Positions 19,817-30,832 are shown, counted from the first letter of the stretch. The stretch is DNA of 64,000 nucleotides from Bradymonadia bacterium (GCA_046290225.1 JBKAGE010000036.1:386979-450978), one strand, 5' to 3'. A program made the numbers and translations. The notes: generated by a model from the sequence alone, not told the origin.

Positions 19817-21703
19817 TCAGGAAGCGCCCTCTTCGAGATCAGCGAGGGCGTTGTCTTCTGGTGACTCACCGTGCAAGTCGTGCTCGAGGACCGCCTCAGC
19901 GGCGGGCATCCGGAACCAGAAGATGCTGCCCTCGGGATGACCGGGCTCCACCCCCACCCGGCCCTTCATGGCCTCGACGAGGTTCTTCACGATGGACAAC
20001 CCCAGACCGGTGCCGCCCATTTCACGGGATCGTCCTTTGTCGACTCGATAGAACCGCTCGAAGACCCGCGTGCGATACTTGGCCTCGATGCCAGGGCCGT
20101 TGTCTCTCACGTCGACGCGCACCGAATCACCTTCATGGTGGGCCGTAGCGGTGATGTGACCCCCGTCGGGGGTGTACTTGATGGCGTTCTCCAGCAAATT
20201 GACCAGCACCTGCTCCAGAGCTTTGGGATCAGCCATGATGAGCAGGTCGTCGCTGATGTCGACCTCGACGGTGTGGTTTTTGGCCATGGCCTTCGGCTCC
20301 ACCGAAGCCACCGCCACCAGCACCGACTCCTGCAACATCAGCTCGGTGAGATCGAGCCGATAGCGCCCAGCCTCGATGCGAGAGATGTCGAGGAGATCGT
20401 TGATCAGCTGCGACAAACGCTCGGCATTGCGCAGGCTGGCCTCAAGGAAGCGCCGGGCGAGATCCGGCCGCTCCAACGCGCCGTCGAGCAGCGTCTCGGC
20501 GTTGGCCCGGATGACGCTGATGGGGGTACGCAGCTCATGAGAGACGTTGGCCACGAAGTCACGGCGCACGCGCTCCAGATGCCTCAGGGCTGTGACGTCC
20601 TGCATCAGGACCACGGTGCCATGGCCACCGGGCTGTCGAGTGGCCCGGGCCAGCACCCGCCGACGCGGGGTCACGGGCAGTTCGAATTCAGCGGTCAGGG
20701 TGCCGGCGCCGAGCTCGGCGCTGTCGAAGTCCCCGCCTGTGTGAGGGCTCTGCTCTGCCTCGGCCACCAGCGCCCTCAGCTCGGACACATCGGTGATCTG
20801 CTCGAGTGTGCGACCTGTGGGATCAATGGTGAAGCCCAGCAATGCTCGGGCAGCAGGGTTCACGAGACTCACCCGCCGCTGCCCGTCGAGGGCCATCACC
20901 GCGCCATCCATCGCTTCGAGCACAGTGCCGATGCGATCGCGCTCTGCCGTGAGGGCGATCATCTTCGCCTCCACCCGGGCGAGCAGCTGGTTGAAGGCGT
21001 CTGCGAGCACGCCCACCTCGCCCTCACCGTGTACGGTGACGCGATCGGCCTCTCCCCCTCGAATGACTTCCTCGACGTTCTGAGTGAGGGCCCGCAGCGG
21101 CCGTGAAGCCAGGTGAGAGGCCAGTGCACTCATGAAGACCGCCACCACCGTGGAGCCCAGGCCGATCAGCAAGAGCAGCCACCGCAGCTCGGTCACAGCC
21201 TCGGCGATCTCTTCCAGGGGCCTCGCCACCCGCACCACGCTCTTACGGCCGCCGAGCTCGATGGGCGTGGCCACGTACAGCATCTCCTGGCCGAGGGTGA
21301 CGCTCACACGCTCCGAGACCCCGAGGCCATTGGCGAAGGCTTGCTGAACCTCTGATCGCCCGCCGTGGTTCTCCATCTCGGCCACCCGGCTCTGGGAGAG
21401 CGCCGAGTCCGCGAGCACGCGGCCGTCGGCATCGATGAGGGTGAGCCTCGCGTCCACAGCAGCCTGCAGACGCTTCACGATGCGCTGCGCCTGCTCTGGT
21501 GAGAGCCCGGCGCCCGCGTTGCCTTTGTCGATGATCTCGATGAGGCCCTGAGCGGCCTTCACGTGATGTACCGACTCCTGCTCGATGCGGGCCTTGAGAG
21601 AGGCCGAGAGGCGGTATTCGAGGTAGATGCCGGTGGCGGTGCCGATGCTCAGGATGAGGGCCAGCGACAACCAGAACAGTTTGCCGCGGATGCCAGAAGA
21701 CAA
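19817..21703 (-). CDS. phoR: PhoR-like sensor histidine kinase (2 TM, HAMP, PAS, HisKA, HATPase)
   Basis: MENHGGRSEV periplasmic motif, DFVANVSHELRTP, NLLENAIKY, DNGPG, FERFYRVDKGRSREMGGTGLGL. Confidence 0.85.
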   Translation of the reverse strand: MSSGIRGKLFWLSLALILSIGTATGIYLEYRLSASLKARIEQESVHHVKAAQGLIEIIDKGNAGAGLSPEQAQRIVKRLQAAVDARLTLIDADGRVLADSALSQSRVAEMENHGGRSEVQQAFANGLGVSERVSVTLGQEMLYVATPIELGGRKSVVRVARPLEEIAEAVTELRWLLLLIGLGSTVVAVFMSALASHLASRPLRALTQNVEEVIRGGEADRVTVHGEGEVGVLADAFNQLLARVEAKMIALTAERDRIGTVLEAMDGAVMALDGQRRVSLVNPAARALLGFTIDPTGRTLEQITDVSELRALVAEAEQSPHTGGDFDSAELGAGTLTAEFELPVTPRRRVLARATRQPGGHGTVVLMQDVTALRHLERVRRDFVANVSHELRTPISVIRANAETLLDGALERPDLARRFLEASLRNAERLSQLINDLLDISRIEAGRYRLDLTELMLQESVLVAVASVEPKAMAKNHTVEVDISDDLLIMADPKALEQVLVNLLENAIKYTPDGGHITATAHHEGDSVRVDVRDNGPGIEAKYRTRVFERFYRVDKGRSREMGGTGLGLSIVKNLVEAMKGRVGVEPGHPEGSIFWFRMPAAEAVLEHDLHGESPEDNALADLEEGAS

Positions 21704-21706
21704 TGC

Positions 21707-22417
21707 TCAGTCCTCTTCGCCATCTGTGAAGCGATAGCCCACCCCACGGATGGTCTGGATGAACCGCCCGGCGGCGCCGATCTTCTGTCGCAGGCGCTTG
21801 ACGTGGGTATCGACTGTTCTGGTGGTGACCTCGGCGCGGATGCCCCACACATCGTCGAGCAGGCGCTCTCGGGTCTGCACCCGACCCTTGCGCTGCAAGA
21901 ATGTGTGCAACAACCTGAACTCCAGGGCGGTGAGGCTCACCTCTTCTCCAGAGATCCACACACGGTGCGCCTCCGGGTCGACCCGGAGCTCGCCATTGGT
22001 GAGGACCGCTCCGCCTTTCTCAGAGGTCTTCAAGCGACGCAGGACCGCCTGAATGCGCAAGAGCAGCTCTCTCACGCTGAAGGGCTTGGTCACATAGTCG
22101 TCTGCCCCCACCTCGAAGCCCACAACGCGGTCGATCTCCTCACTCTTGGCGGTGAGCATGATCACGGGCACGCCTCGAGTGCGCTCTTCTTGTCTGATCT
22201 GTCGACACACTTCGGTGCCAGCGAGATCGGGCAGCATGAGATCGAGCAGCACCAGCTCTGGAAGAGGATCGATGTTCAGCCGGGCAAGCCCGGCAGCCCC
22301 GGTGGGGGCATGGAAGGTGTCGTAGCCCTCACGCTGGAGGTTGTATTCCAGCGTAGAGGCCAGATCAGGTTCGTCTTCGATGATCAGGATGAGCGCTGAC
22401 ATACGTAAGGTGCTCAA
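21707..22417 (-). CDS. phoB: PhoB/OmpR-family response regulator (start possibly ATG 22402)
   Basis: IEDE, LLDLMLP, MLTAK, GADDYVTKPF, RTVDTHVKRLRQK, IQTIRGVGY. Confidence 0.85.
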   Translation of the reverse strand: MSTLRMSALILIIEDEPDLASTLEYNLQREGYDTFHAPTGAAGLARLNIDPLPELVLLDLMLPDLAGTEVCRQIRQEERTRGVPVIMLTAKSEEIDRVVGFEVGADDYVTKPFSVRELLLRIQAVLRRLKTSEKGGAVLTNGELRVDPEAHRVWISGEEVSLTALEFRLLHTFLQRKGRVQTRERLLDDVWGIRAEVTTRTVDTHVKRLRQKIGAAGRFIQTIRGVGYRFTDGEED

Positions 22418-22634
22418 GCCCTTCAGTGGTCCATAGCCGAGCGATCAAATATCATGTCGATGAAGCCAAAGCGACCGTAAATCCTCCTCATAGTCAGGCG
22501 TGATGATGCATACATCTCACCCTCCAGGCTCAAGGCACGGAGCTGAAAGACCGACTGAGCAGTCAGGGCGAGTGGCGATGACCACATGAGGCCCCCGGCC
22601 CTGGTGCCGGTGTTGAGGTAGGGAGCAAGCGACA

Positions 22635-23852
22635 GTGCCACACGAGCAAGCACAACCCAGCAGCGCCTGGTCCACAGCGATGCAGGTCGTGAAGGCCCCC
22701 ATCGCGGTCTTCACCCGGCAAGGTGGCCAGAGAGAGATGGCCAGTGGAGCATTTGCGGCGAGCCTCGAGAGCTTGAAGAGCCTGCATCAGCTCAACATCT
22801 CTCCCCCCCAGCCCGGCGCATCGATTCAATGTACCTACCAGGGCCGGGATCTGAGCCTCCATGGTCAGACGCACCAGGTCGTCGTCGAGATCGAGCCACC
22901 TCGCATCGATGCCTTTGTCGACGAGATCAGCGCAGCCCTGCAAGAGGGTCTTCAGGCCCTGGAGAGCGCTCTGGCCGAGGCCGTACACGACTCCAACGGG
23001 TGCCTCTTACAGACCGGGACCGACATCGAGGCCATCCTCAGGGTGGCCAGCGGTCATGCTGAGCAGGTGGAGCGGTTCCGTTCGCTTCAGCGCGACAGGG
23101 GATCGGACGTCACCGACGAGCTCTGCGCCAATATGCGAGAGAGCTTGTCCAACCTGCACAGTCTGGCCACCCAGCAGGCAGACACCGCCCAGGAATCTCT
23201 TGAGTTCACCAACAGCATCATCGGCACCAGCAGGAAGATGTCTTCGGTGAGCAGCGCCGCCCGAATCCTCGGACTCAACGCCCAGATCGAGGGGGTCCGG
23301 GCGGGCGAAGCCGGTGTGGGCTTCGTCGTCGTCGCCGAAGAGATGGGCTCCCTCGTGGATCGGCTCATGACCCTCAACGACGCCATCGCGGATCTGGGCA
23401 AGAAGATGGAATCGCATCTGCCTGAGATCTCTTCAGCGGCCCACGAGCTGGTGCAGACCTCCAACGAACGGATCGGCGCCCTCGATCAGAGCATACGTGA
23501 GTTCGCCGAGCGCACCCAGTCCTCGACGCATCGCGCCGAGACGTTGTTGTCGGCCGCACAGGACGGCGCCCTTGAGATCAACGACCGCATCAACAATGTG
23601 CTCATCAACCTGCAGTTCCAGGATCGACTCGTACAGCGTCTCGCCAGCATTATGGAGGCCACTCAGGCGCTGGCCTCGAGCCCTGCGAGAGCGCTGAACG
23701 AGATCCAGGACGGCGGCCTCGACGTCGGCCGCTTCGCCGCGCGGTTGCGACAGATTCACGCCAACGACTGTGTCCCTACTTTCTCCACCGTCTGCAACAG
23801 CGCCAGCCCCTCGCAAGACGAGGCCGAGACTGGCGAAGTCGAGTTTTTCTGA
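22635..23852 (+). CDS. Soluble MCP-like chemoreceptor
   Basis: ILGLNAQIEGVRAGEAGVGFVVVAEEM hairpin tip; LQFQDRLVQRL; C-terminal GEVEFF; no TM seen. Confidence 0.75.
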   Translation: MPHEQAQPSSAWSTAMQVVKAPIAVFTRQGGQREMASGAFAASLESLKSLHQLNISPPQPGASIQCTYQGRDLSLHGQTHQVVVEIEPPRIDAFVDEISAALQEGLQALESALAEAVHDSNGCLLQTGTDIEAILRVASGHAEQVERFRSLQRDRGSDVTDELCANMRESLSNLHSLATQQADTAQESLEFTNSIIGTSRKMSSVSSAARILGLNAQIEGVRAGEAGVGFVVVAEEMGSLVDRLMTLNDAIADLGKKMESHLPEISSAAHELVQTSNERIGALDQSIREFAERTQSSTHRAETLLSAAQDGALEINDRINNVLINLQFQDRLVQRLASIMEATQALASSPARALNEIQDGGLDVGRFAARLRQIHANDCVPTFSTVCNSASPSQDEAETGEVEFF

Positions 23853-23855
23853 GCC

Positions 23856-24224
23856 ATGATGACCCGAATTCTCACCGTAGACGACTCCCCTACGATCCGG
23901 CAGCAGCTGCGGATCTTTCTCGAAACCCAGGGCTTCTCCGTGGCTGAAGCCGAGAGCGGTGAAGCGGGGCTCTCCGCAGCGAGATCGGGTCGGTTTGACT
24001 TGATCATCGCCGACGTCAACATGCCGGGGATCAATGGCCTAGAGATGGTGACCGAGCTGAGGCAGATCATGGGGTACGACAAGACCCCCATCTTCATGCT
24101 CACCACCCAGGCACACAGAGAGATGAAAGCACAGGGGCGCAAGGCAGGGGCCACGGCGTGGATCGTCAAACCCTTCAAACCCAAAGTGCTGCTCGCAGGG
24201 ATTCAAAAAGCGCTCGGGCGATGA
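23856..24224 (+). CDS. cheY: Single-domain response regulator CheY
   Basis: ILTVDDS, ADVNMP, MLTT, GATAWIVKPF. Confidence 0.88.
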   Translation: MMTRILTVDDSPTIRQQLRIFLETQGFSVAEAESGEAGLSAARSGRFDLIIADVNMPGINGLEMVTELRQIMGYDKTPIFMLTTQAHREMKAQGRKAGATAWIVKPFKPKVLLAGIQKALGR

Positions 24225-24236
24225 AGGGGGGCTCTC

Positions 24237-27035
24237 ATGGCACAGGCATCTGCGCTCGATGCGCTTCCTGCAATGACGCTGGAGCTGCTCGGGCAACAAC
24301 CATTCGCAGTGGCGCTGGTCGATCCCGACTCTCTCGCCATCGTCTATTGCAATCCGCTCTTCTACGCATGGAGTGAAGGATCAGAGGCCGAGCCTCCTGC
24401 CTCTCTCAGGGCAGCGCTGCCCACCCTCGATCCCGACAAGCTCGCCAAACGCATGGGCCGTCGGGGTGCATTCAAGCACGCCGACACCGCCCGCATCGAG
24501 AACGAGGCTCGTCGATTTCCGGTGGAGTACACCTTCGCCTGGTTCGAGTACGGCGATCAGAAGTGGCTCAACGTCACCGGCCACGATCGTAGCCCGGTAC
24601 ACGCCAAGGAGCTGATGCTCCAGTCGTACAGCACCATCATTGAGAAGCACACCCGCACCGTGGAGCGCCAGAAACGCGCCCTCGCCGAGCTGCTCGACAA
24701 CATGCGACAGGGCATCTTCACCGTTGATGATGCATGGTGGATTCAGGGACCAGTCTCCCGATACAGCGACGCCCTCTTCGGGACGACGCTCGAGGGCAAG
24801 AACCTCTGGGAGACCTTGCTCAAGGACATCGATCCCAACTCGGACCTCAGCGCCACCATCGATACGGTGATGACTGTGGCCATCGGGGAAGACGAGCTGC
24901 AGTGGATGCTGGTGAGTGAAGAGCTCCCGACACACATCATGTGGCGTGATCCTGATGGAGATCTCCGGAAGCTCAAGGTGGCCTGGTGCCCCATCTGGGA
25001 CGAAGAGGGGTTGCTTAAGCGCATCATGCTGGTGGTGGAAGACGTCACCGAGGTGGAGCGCCTGGAGGCGACGCTCAAAGCCGAGCGTGAAGCCCAGGAT
25101 CGACGGTTGGAGCTGCTGCAGGAGCTGGCTGATCTCGATCGCTCCATGCTCGAAGGTTTCTTCCCTGCGGCGGCAGAGGCCCTCAAGCGGGGGCGCCAGG
25201 CCATCGAGGCACACTGGCCTCCGACGGCGGAGACCATCAACCGGCTCTTTCGCGAGCTGCACACGCTCAAGGGCAATGCCAAGGCGTTGCAACTCTCGGC
25301 CATCGCCACAGCAGCCCACGAGGCTGAAGGCATCGCGGCCCGCGTCAGAGACGGCGAGACCCATCGAGATCTGCTGGATAAGTTGCGGGAGGGCATGCAA
25401 GGGCTCGAACGCACCATCGGCGAATACAACGCCCTCGCGCTGCGCGTCTTCGGGATCCACGATGCCTTCCAGGAGACCCTCGCAGACGAGATCCATGTCA
25501 GGGCCATCAAGCTCTCTGCGGCGCTTCAACGGCGCAACGACTCAGAAGCCCTCGGTCTCGCCACGAGCCTGCAGGAGATGCTCCGCGGCATGGGAGAATC
25601 GGAGACCGCCCGCGAGCACCTGGGCGCTGTCGTGGATCAACTCCGAGAAGAGATCCCCAAGCCCGCTCGCCTGACGCTCTGCGCTCGGAGCGCCTTGCAC
25701 CACGTGATGCGCTTCTCGCTCAAACCCCGCCATCAGCTGGTCCCTGAAGGCCGGTCGTGGAGCGGGCTGCATCGCGCACTGCTCAATTTCACCGACGCCC
25801 TCACACGAGATCCCGTGGAAGGCGCCCTGGGTGCCCACGAGCTCGGCGAGCACGCCCGCTCGCTCCAGCTGAGCCACCTGGCTCACTTGTCGACGCTCTG
25901 TGAGCAAGCCATCCGCAACGGTCAGCATGCGCTCTGGCGCGCCACCCTGTGTCGTATCTGGCGCTTCGCAGGCTGGCTCGCAGGTCTGAGAGGCTGTCAG
26001 CTCTCTCTCGAAGGGCAGACGCCTCGTCGTGCCCTGCTCGATCTCGAAATGCTCCACCCCATCGAGCAGGCGCGGTGGCTCACCCACTTCGGCCAAGCGT
26101 TGCCCGAGAGCCAGTCTCTCTCCGAGTGGCTCGCCGCGGGTGATCCGGCCACTTTCTGTGTGGGCAACGTGGAGGCGACATTGCGGGGTGAGCTCGACCC
26201 CAAGACGCTGCTTCGCGGGCTCGCCTCTGAAGCAGACACAGGCAGCGCCATCGCGCGCATCACGACACTGCTCTTGTGGGGTGAGCCCCTCGATGCCCTC
26301 GGCGAGGGCTATCTCATCAAGGCAGACGTAATCTTCCTGCTCCAACAGCTGCGACAGGCTGCTGGGCGGAGCAGCAGCCTGCCTCGGATGGTGCCGGTCA
26401 TCGAACACCACCTCAAAGCCGTCGAGCGGTGCTTGCACGAGGGCGGCGATCTGCCTCGGGCAGTCATACGCTTGTTCGAGCTGCCTGCTGGTGTGTTGTC
26501 GAGGCCCTTCTCTCCGCTGGTGAGCGACACCGCCCGCACCCTGAACAAGGATGTGAGCTTCGACTTCATCGGCGCAGATGTCGCCATCCACCGCGATCGC
26601 ATGGGCCCTTTGCAAGATGCCCTCGTGCATCTGCTGCGCAACGCTGTCGATCACGGCATCGAAGACTCGGAAACGCGCAAGCTGAGGGGTAAACCCAGCC
26701 AGGGCGCCATCACGCTGAAGTTCTCCCGAACGCCATCCGACCTGCACGTCGAGGTGCACGACGACGGTGGTGGTGTAGATGCAGAGCAGCTGAAGGCCCG
26801 CTCGGTGGCCCGGGGCCTGCTCAGTGCCGAAGACGCCATCTCCATCGACGAAGAGGCCCTGCTGGCCCTGGTCTTCGCTGCGGGTGTGAGCACTGCGGAG
26901 CAGGTGAGCGAGGTCTCGGGCCGGGGTGTGGGCCTCGACGTGGCGCTGTCGAACATCAAGCAGCTCGGGGGCGACATCTCGATCAAGAGCGCTCCCGGTC
27001 AGGGCACGACTTTTTCCATCAGCTTGCCTGCATGA
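24237..27035 (+). CDS. CheA-like histidine kinase (PAS-like N-terminus, internal Hpt, HATPase) lacking CheW domain
   Basis: FRELHTLKGNA; LVHLLRNAVDHGIE; DDGGG; SGRGVGL; stops right after GTTFSISLPA. Confidence 0.85.
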   Translation: MAQASALDALPAMTLELLGQQPFAVALVDPDSLAIVYCNPLFYAWSEGSEAEPPASLRAALPTLDPDKLAKRMGRRGAFKHADTARIENEARRFPVEYTFAWFEYGDQKWLNVTGHDRSPVHAKELMLQSYSTIIEKHTRTVERQKRALAELLDNMRQGIFTVDDAWWIQGPVSRYSDALFGTTLEGKNLWETLLKDIDPNSDLSATIDTVMTVAIGEDELQWMLVSEELPTHIMWRDPDGDLRKLKVAWCPIWDEEGLLKRIMLVVEDVTEVERLEATLKAEREAQDRRLELLQELADLDRSMLEGFFPAAAEALKRGRQAIEAHWPPTAETINRLFRELHTLKGNAKALQLSAIATAAHEAEGIAARVRDGETHRDLLDKLREGMQGLERTIGEYNALALRVFGIHDAFQETLADEIHVRAIKLSAALQRRNDSEALGLATSLQEMLRGMGESETAREHLGAVVDQLREEIPKPARLTLCARSALHHVMRFSLKPRHQLVPEGRSWSGLHRALLNFTDALTRDPVEGALGAHELGEHARSLQLSHLAHLSTLCEQAIRNGQHALWRATLCRIWRFAGWLAGLRGCQLSLEGQTPRRALLDLEMLHPIEQARWLTHFGQALPESQSLSEWLAAGDPATFCVGNVEATLRGELDPKTLLRGLASEADTGSAIARITTLLLWGEPLDALGEGYLIKADVIFLLQQLRQAAGRSSSLPRMVPVIEHHLKAVERCLHEGGDLPRAVIRLFELPAGVLSRPFSPLVSDTARTLNKDVSFDFIGADVAIHRDRMGPLQDALVHLLRNAVDHGIEDSETRKLRGKPSQGAITLKFSRTPSDLHVEVHDDGGGVDAEQLKARSVARGLLSAEDAISIDEEALLALVFAAGVSTAEQVSEVSGRGVGLDVALSNIKQLGGDISIKSAPGQGTTFSISLPA

Positions 27036-27112
27036 TTTGCCGATGACTTCCCCAAGACCGCAACACGGCATCTCTGCTGCGGTCGCTCACCATGCCCTCG
27101 GGGGAAGCACAC

Positions 27113-27469
27113 ATGTCCCAATCGCTCTATGAGAAGTACGGCGGCTTTGCCACCATCAGCGCCGTCGTTCACGACTTCTACGACAAGATCCTGGCCTCTG
27201 ACACGCTGAAGCCCTGGTTCGAGGGTGTCGAGATGTCCCGCCTCATCGACCACCAGACCAAGTTCTTATGCTCTGTGCTCGGTGGCCCGGAGCAGTACAC
27301 AGGTCGGCAACTCGCCGCAGCACACAGACGCCTGTCCATCACCCCCGAGGCCTTCGATGAGGTGGCCGAGCTGCTTGTCGAAGCCCTTGAGGACGCTGGC
27401 GTAGAGGATGCCGACATCCAGACCATCGCCGGCGTAGTCACCGGCGCCAAGGGTGACGTCGTCTCCTGA
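27113..27469 (+). CDS. glbN: Group 1 truncated hemoglobin
   Basis: SLYEKYGG, FY, HQTKFL, GGPEQYTGRQLAAAH (proximal His). Confidence 0.88.
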   Translation: MSQSLYEKYGGFATISAVVHDFYDKILASDTLKPWFEGVEMSRLIDHQTKFLCSVLGGPEQYTGRQLAAAHRRLSITPEAFDEVAELLVEALEDAGVEDADIQTIAGVVTGAKGDVVS

Positions 27470-27610
27470 ACCGCAGAGATCCCCCCACCTCCTTTTTCAG
27501 CCATTTTCAAAACCCACACATCAAACCCAGCTGGCGGCAAGCCGATGAGTTGTTCATCGGGGCGAACGCATCTATTTCACTCGACGTTCTGGTTGAAATG
27601 GGAGGTCGAC

Positions 27611-29293
27611 ATGTTCTCCACCATCAGAAGCAAACTGATGTTGATCACTGCGCTGGGCACAGTGACTGTCTTCTTGACACTCGGGCTGGGCATGTACGCC
27701 CTCCGGGACAGCATCGTCAGCGAACGATTGCTCGCCGTCGAGCAACTCATCGACGTAGGCCATGGGCTCATCGTCGACGCGCATCGCCGAGTCGAAGCGG
27801 GCGAGCTGACCCGAGAAGCGGCCATGAAGCGCGTCGAGGGCGAGCTGAAGCAAATGCGCTTTGGCGACAACGGATACTTCTTCGTCTATGGCTACGATGG
27901 CACCAACCTGATCCACGTGGCCAAGCCCCAGCTCCAAGGCAAAAACCTCTACGACTTCAAGGATCCCAGCGGAAAGCTGTTGATCCAGGCCTTGATCAAG
28001 GCGGCTCAGAGTGAATCGGGCCGAGGCACGGTGGAGTACATGTGGCCCAAGGCCAAGGGTGAAGAGCCCGTGGCCAAGGTGGGCCACGCTCGAGGCTTCG
28101 CGCCGTGGAAGCTCTTCATCGGCACTGGTGCCTACGTCGACGACATCAACAGCGTGGCGTTTGGGCAGATGGCCTTCTTTGGTGGCATCGTATTGTTGCT
28201 TTGTGGCTTTGGCTTCGTCTTCAGCTGGCGGATCGCTGGGCGGCTCAGCGATCGGCTCTGCGCCCTTCGGAGGACCATGGGCCAGCTCGCCGAAGGCTCC
28301 ACGCACATCGAGCTCGACACCTCGGAGGCGGGTGAGCTGGGAGAGATGGCCCGCTCCGTAGATGTCTTCCGCCAGCATGCCGAAGCGCGGACCCGCCTTG
28401 AGGCTGAGCAGGACCGCATCAAAGCTGAGGCTGAAACCGCACGGCAGGCATCGATCCGTCAAATCGCTGATGACCTTGAGACCCGACTCGGTCAGGTGGC
28501 CTCGGAGATGAAGCACATGTCCGGGCAGCTTAACCAGCAAGTCCAGATGCTCAACGACTCTTCTCACCGCACTCATGACTTCGCTCAGACTGTGAGCAGC
28601 GCGTCGCAGATGGCCACGGACAATGTGGAGATGGTGGCCGCCGCTACGCAAGAGCTCGACGCCTCAAGCCGGGAGATCAATGGCCAGATGGAGCGCTCGG
28701 CTCAGCTGGCCGAGCAGGCCGCCCAGAGCGCCGAAGCCGCTGGTGGACATCTGACGGCGCTCTCCGAAGCCACTCGAAGTGTCGGCGAGATCACGGATGT
28801 CATCGGGGAGGTGGCGGAGCAGACGAACCTGCTGGCGCTCAACGCCACCATCGAGGCCGCACGGGCCGGTGACGCGGGCAAGGGTTTCGCCGTCGTCGCC
28901 GACGAGGTCAAGAGCCTCGCTGGCCAGACTCAAAGCGCGATCAACAACATCGGCTCTCAAATCTCGGCCACTCAGACCACAGCCCGACAGACCGTCTCCT
29001 CAATGGGCGAGATCTCAGGCCACATCTATGAGGTGCGTGACGCATCGACCACTGTGGCCGCGGCGGTCACAGAGCAGAGCAGCGCCATCTCGGAGATCAG
29101 CCGCAACATCGAAGCGGTGACCCAGGCCACGCGAGGCATCAACGGCACCATCAGTCAGCTGGTGGAGGAGATGAGTCAAAGCCAGGGTGCCCTCACTGAT
29201 GTGGGTCAGGTCAGTGAGCAAGTAAGATCTGTAGCCATTCAGCTCGAGCAGGCAGTACAGCAAGTCGTCTCGGGCCTGCGCGCCTCTGCCTGA
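27611..29293 (+). CDS. Methyl-accepting chemotaxis protein with sCache_2 sensor and HAMP
   Basis: [67 protein letters not shown]. Confidence 0.93.
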   Translation: MFSTIRSKLMLITALGTVTVFLTLGLGMYALRDSIVSERLLAVEQLIDVGHGLIVDAHRRVEAGELTREAAMKRVEGELKQMRFGDNGYFFVYGYDGTNLIHVAKPQLQGKNLYDFKDPSGKLLIQALIKAAQSESGRGTVEYMWPKAKGEEPVAKVGHARGFAPWKLFIGTGAYVDDINSVAFGQMAFFGGIVLLLCGFGFVFSWRIAGRLSDRLCALRRTMGQLAEGSTHIELDTSEAGELGEMARSVDVFRQHAEARTRLEAEQDRIKAEAETARQASIRQIADDLETRLGQVASEMKHMSGQLNQQVQMLNDSSHRTHDFAQTVSSASQMATDNVEMVAAATQELDASSREINGQMERSAQLAEQAAQSAEAAGGHLTALSEATRSVGEITDVIGEVAEQTNLLALNATIEAARAGDAGKGFAVVADEVKSLAGQTQSAINNIGSQISATQTTARQTVSSMGEISGHIYEVRDASTTVAAAVTEQSSAISEISRNIEAVTQATRGINGTISQLVEEMSQSQGALTDVGQVSEQVRSVAIQLEQAVQQVVSGLRASA

Positions 29294-29321
29294 TGTCGTT
29301 CGAGTCAGGAGAGACTGACGC

Positions 29322-30596
29322 TCAGGCCAGAATCTTCCCCACGTGCTCCGCGAGCTGTTTGGGCGTCAACGCCGCCACGAACCAGCCACACCCTGCCAGC
29401 TTCTTGGCATGATCTTCGTTGAACACCGGCTTGCACGACGTGTCGAGGGCAGAGAGCCCGATGCAGGTCACCCCAGCCTCGACCAGCTCGTGGGCCAGTG
29501 CCAGCAAGGGCTTCTCGGGCACACAGATGTACCAGTCGCTGATGGTGACGAAGATGGTCTTTGTGGGCTCGGTGATGAGGCCGGCGCAGTAACGCATGGC
29601 CCCGATGTCGTCGTTGCCGCCGCCGAGCTGGCAGCTCATGAGCACCTCGAGGGGATCATCGGCCACATGGCTGAAGTCGACGATGCGGGTGTCCCACATC
29701 ACCAGGCTCACGCTCACTGAAGGCAGCGCCGAGAAGATGGCCGCCATGAGGGCGCTGTGCACGAGGTTGTCGAGCATGGAGCCCGACTGATCAACGGAGA
29801 CCACGATGTGCCAACCGCTCTTCTTCCGCTCTTTGTGCTTGTAGAAGATGCGATCAGCGATGAGGCGCTCGCGCTCGGTGTCCCAGTTCTTCAGGTTCCG
29901 CTGGATCGTTTTGCGCCAGTCGGTGTTGTTGAACGTGCGCTTCGGCGGCGGGCCATCGGGGTCGATGGCGCCGTGCAGAGCAGAGAAGCACTCCTTCATG
30001 AGCTTCTCGGCAAGCTGATCGACCACCTCTTTGACGATGCGCCGCGCCTCGTTGAGCACTGGGCCCTTCATCAGGTGTTTGAACTGCAAAATCGCGTGCA
30101 TCAGCGACTCGGAAGGCTCGGCCTTCTTCAAGATCTCGGGATCGCTGATCAGCTCGGTGAGGCCATACCGGGAGAGCGCATCTTGCTCCATGATCTCCAC
30201 GGCCTCTTTCGGAAAGAGGTTGCGCACGTTCTTGAGCCACATGGGCACGCTCAGGCCACTGCTGCCGCCACGGCCCACGTTGCGGTGGGATCGGGCGGCG
30301 AACTCGCGGTCATAGATGTACTGCAGCTGGCCGTCCATCTGTCGCGACTCACCGAGCATGCCTGCGAGATCGGAGCCCTCGCCGAGCGTCCCTGGCGCAC
30401 CAGGTGCCCCTGTCCCCTGGCCCTCCTGGCCAAGGGCTTCTTCGAGTCGGTCGTACCCCAACCGATCATCGGCGAAGCCGCCGAGGATCAACCGCCAGCG
30501 CATGGCCTGCTCGACGCGCGCTTCGTCAACGGTTTCAGTGGTGTCGAGGGCTGCGAGATCTACCGGATCTGTGCTGGAGCTGTTGGCCGTGCTCAT
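29322..30596 (-). CDS. VWA domain protein (YehP/CoxE-like)
   Basis: RWRLILG, DWRKTIQRNLK, MIDAS VDQSGSM, LGGGND, ISD. Confidence 0.85.
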   Translation of the reverse strand: MSTANSSSTDPVDLAALDTTETVDEARVEQAMRWRLILGGFADDRLGYDRLEEALGQEGQGTGAPGAPGTLGEGSDLAGMLGESRQMDGQLQYIYDREFAARSHRNVGRGGSSGLSVPMWLKNVRNLFPKEAVEIMEQDALSRYGLTELISDPEILKKAEPSESLMHAILQFKHLMKGPVLNEARRIVKEVVDQLAEKLMKECFSALHGAIDPDGPPPKRTFNNTDWRKTIQRNLKNWDTERERLIADRIFYKHKERKKSGWHIVVSVDQSGSMLDNLVHSALMAAIFSALPSVSVSLVMWDTRIVDFSHVADDPLEVLMSCQLGGGNDDIGAMRYCAGLITEPTKTIFVTISDWYICVPEKPLLALAHELVEAGVTCIGLSALDTSCKPVFNEDHAKKLAGCGWFVAALTPKQLAEHVGKILA

Positions 30597-30832
30597 GATC
30601 GCTCTCCGACGTCGTTGCGAGATGAGCAGCACACTACTGCACAGACTTTCAGTCGTCCAACCCATCTCGTCGATGCTGCGCGGCCACCCTACCCCCTCCC
30701 CGTCCCGACCGCCACAGGGCGGTGCAGTTCATCGAATCTGAATCGGACCTGTAAAAAGTTCGTATGCCTTTGGATCGACAGACCCTCACCTTCGTTGGTC
30801 TGTGTACGACCACGACACGCCGGGACGCCTTG

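Noticed and set aside
22418..22634. Pho box upstream of phoBR
   Set aside because: No convincing 11-bp-period CTGTCAT-like repeats; no pst genes here, so phosphate specificity rests on similarity only
27066..27081. Sigma-54-like CGGCAT-CTCTG-CTGCG before the globin
   Set aside because: Spacing fits, but several mismatches make chance likely in GC-rich DNA
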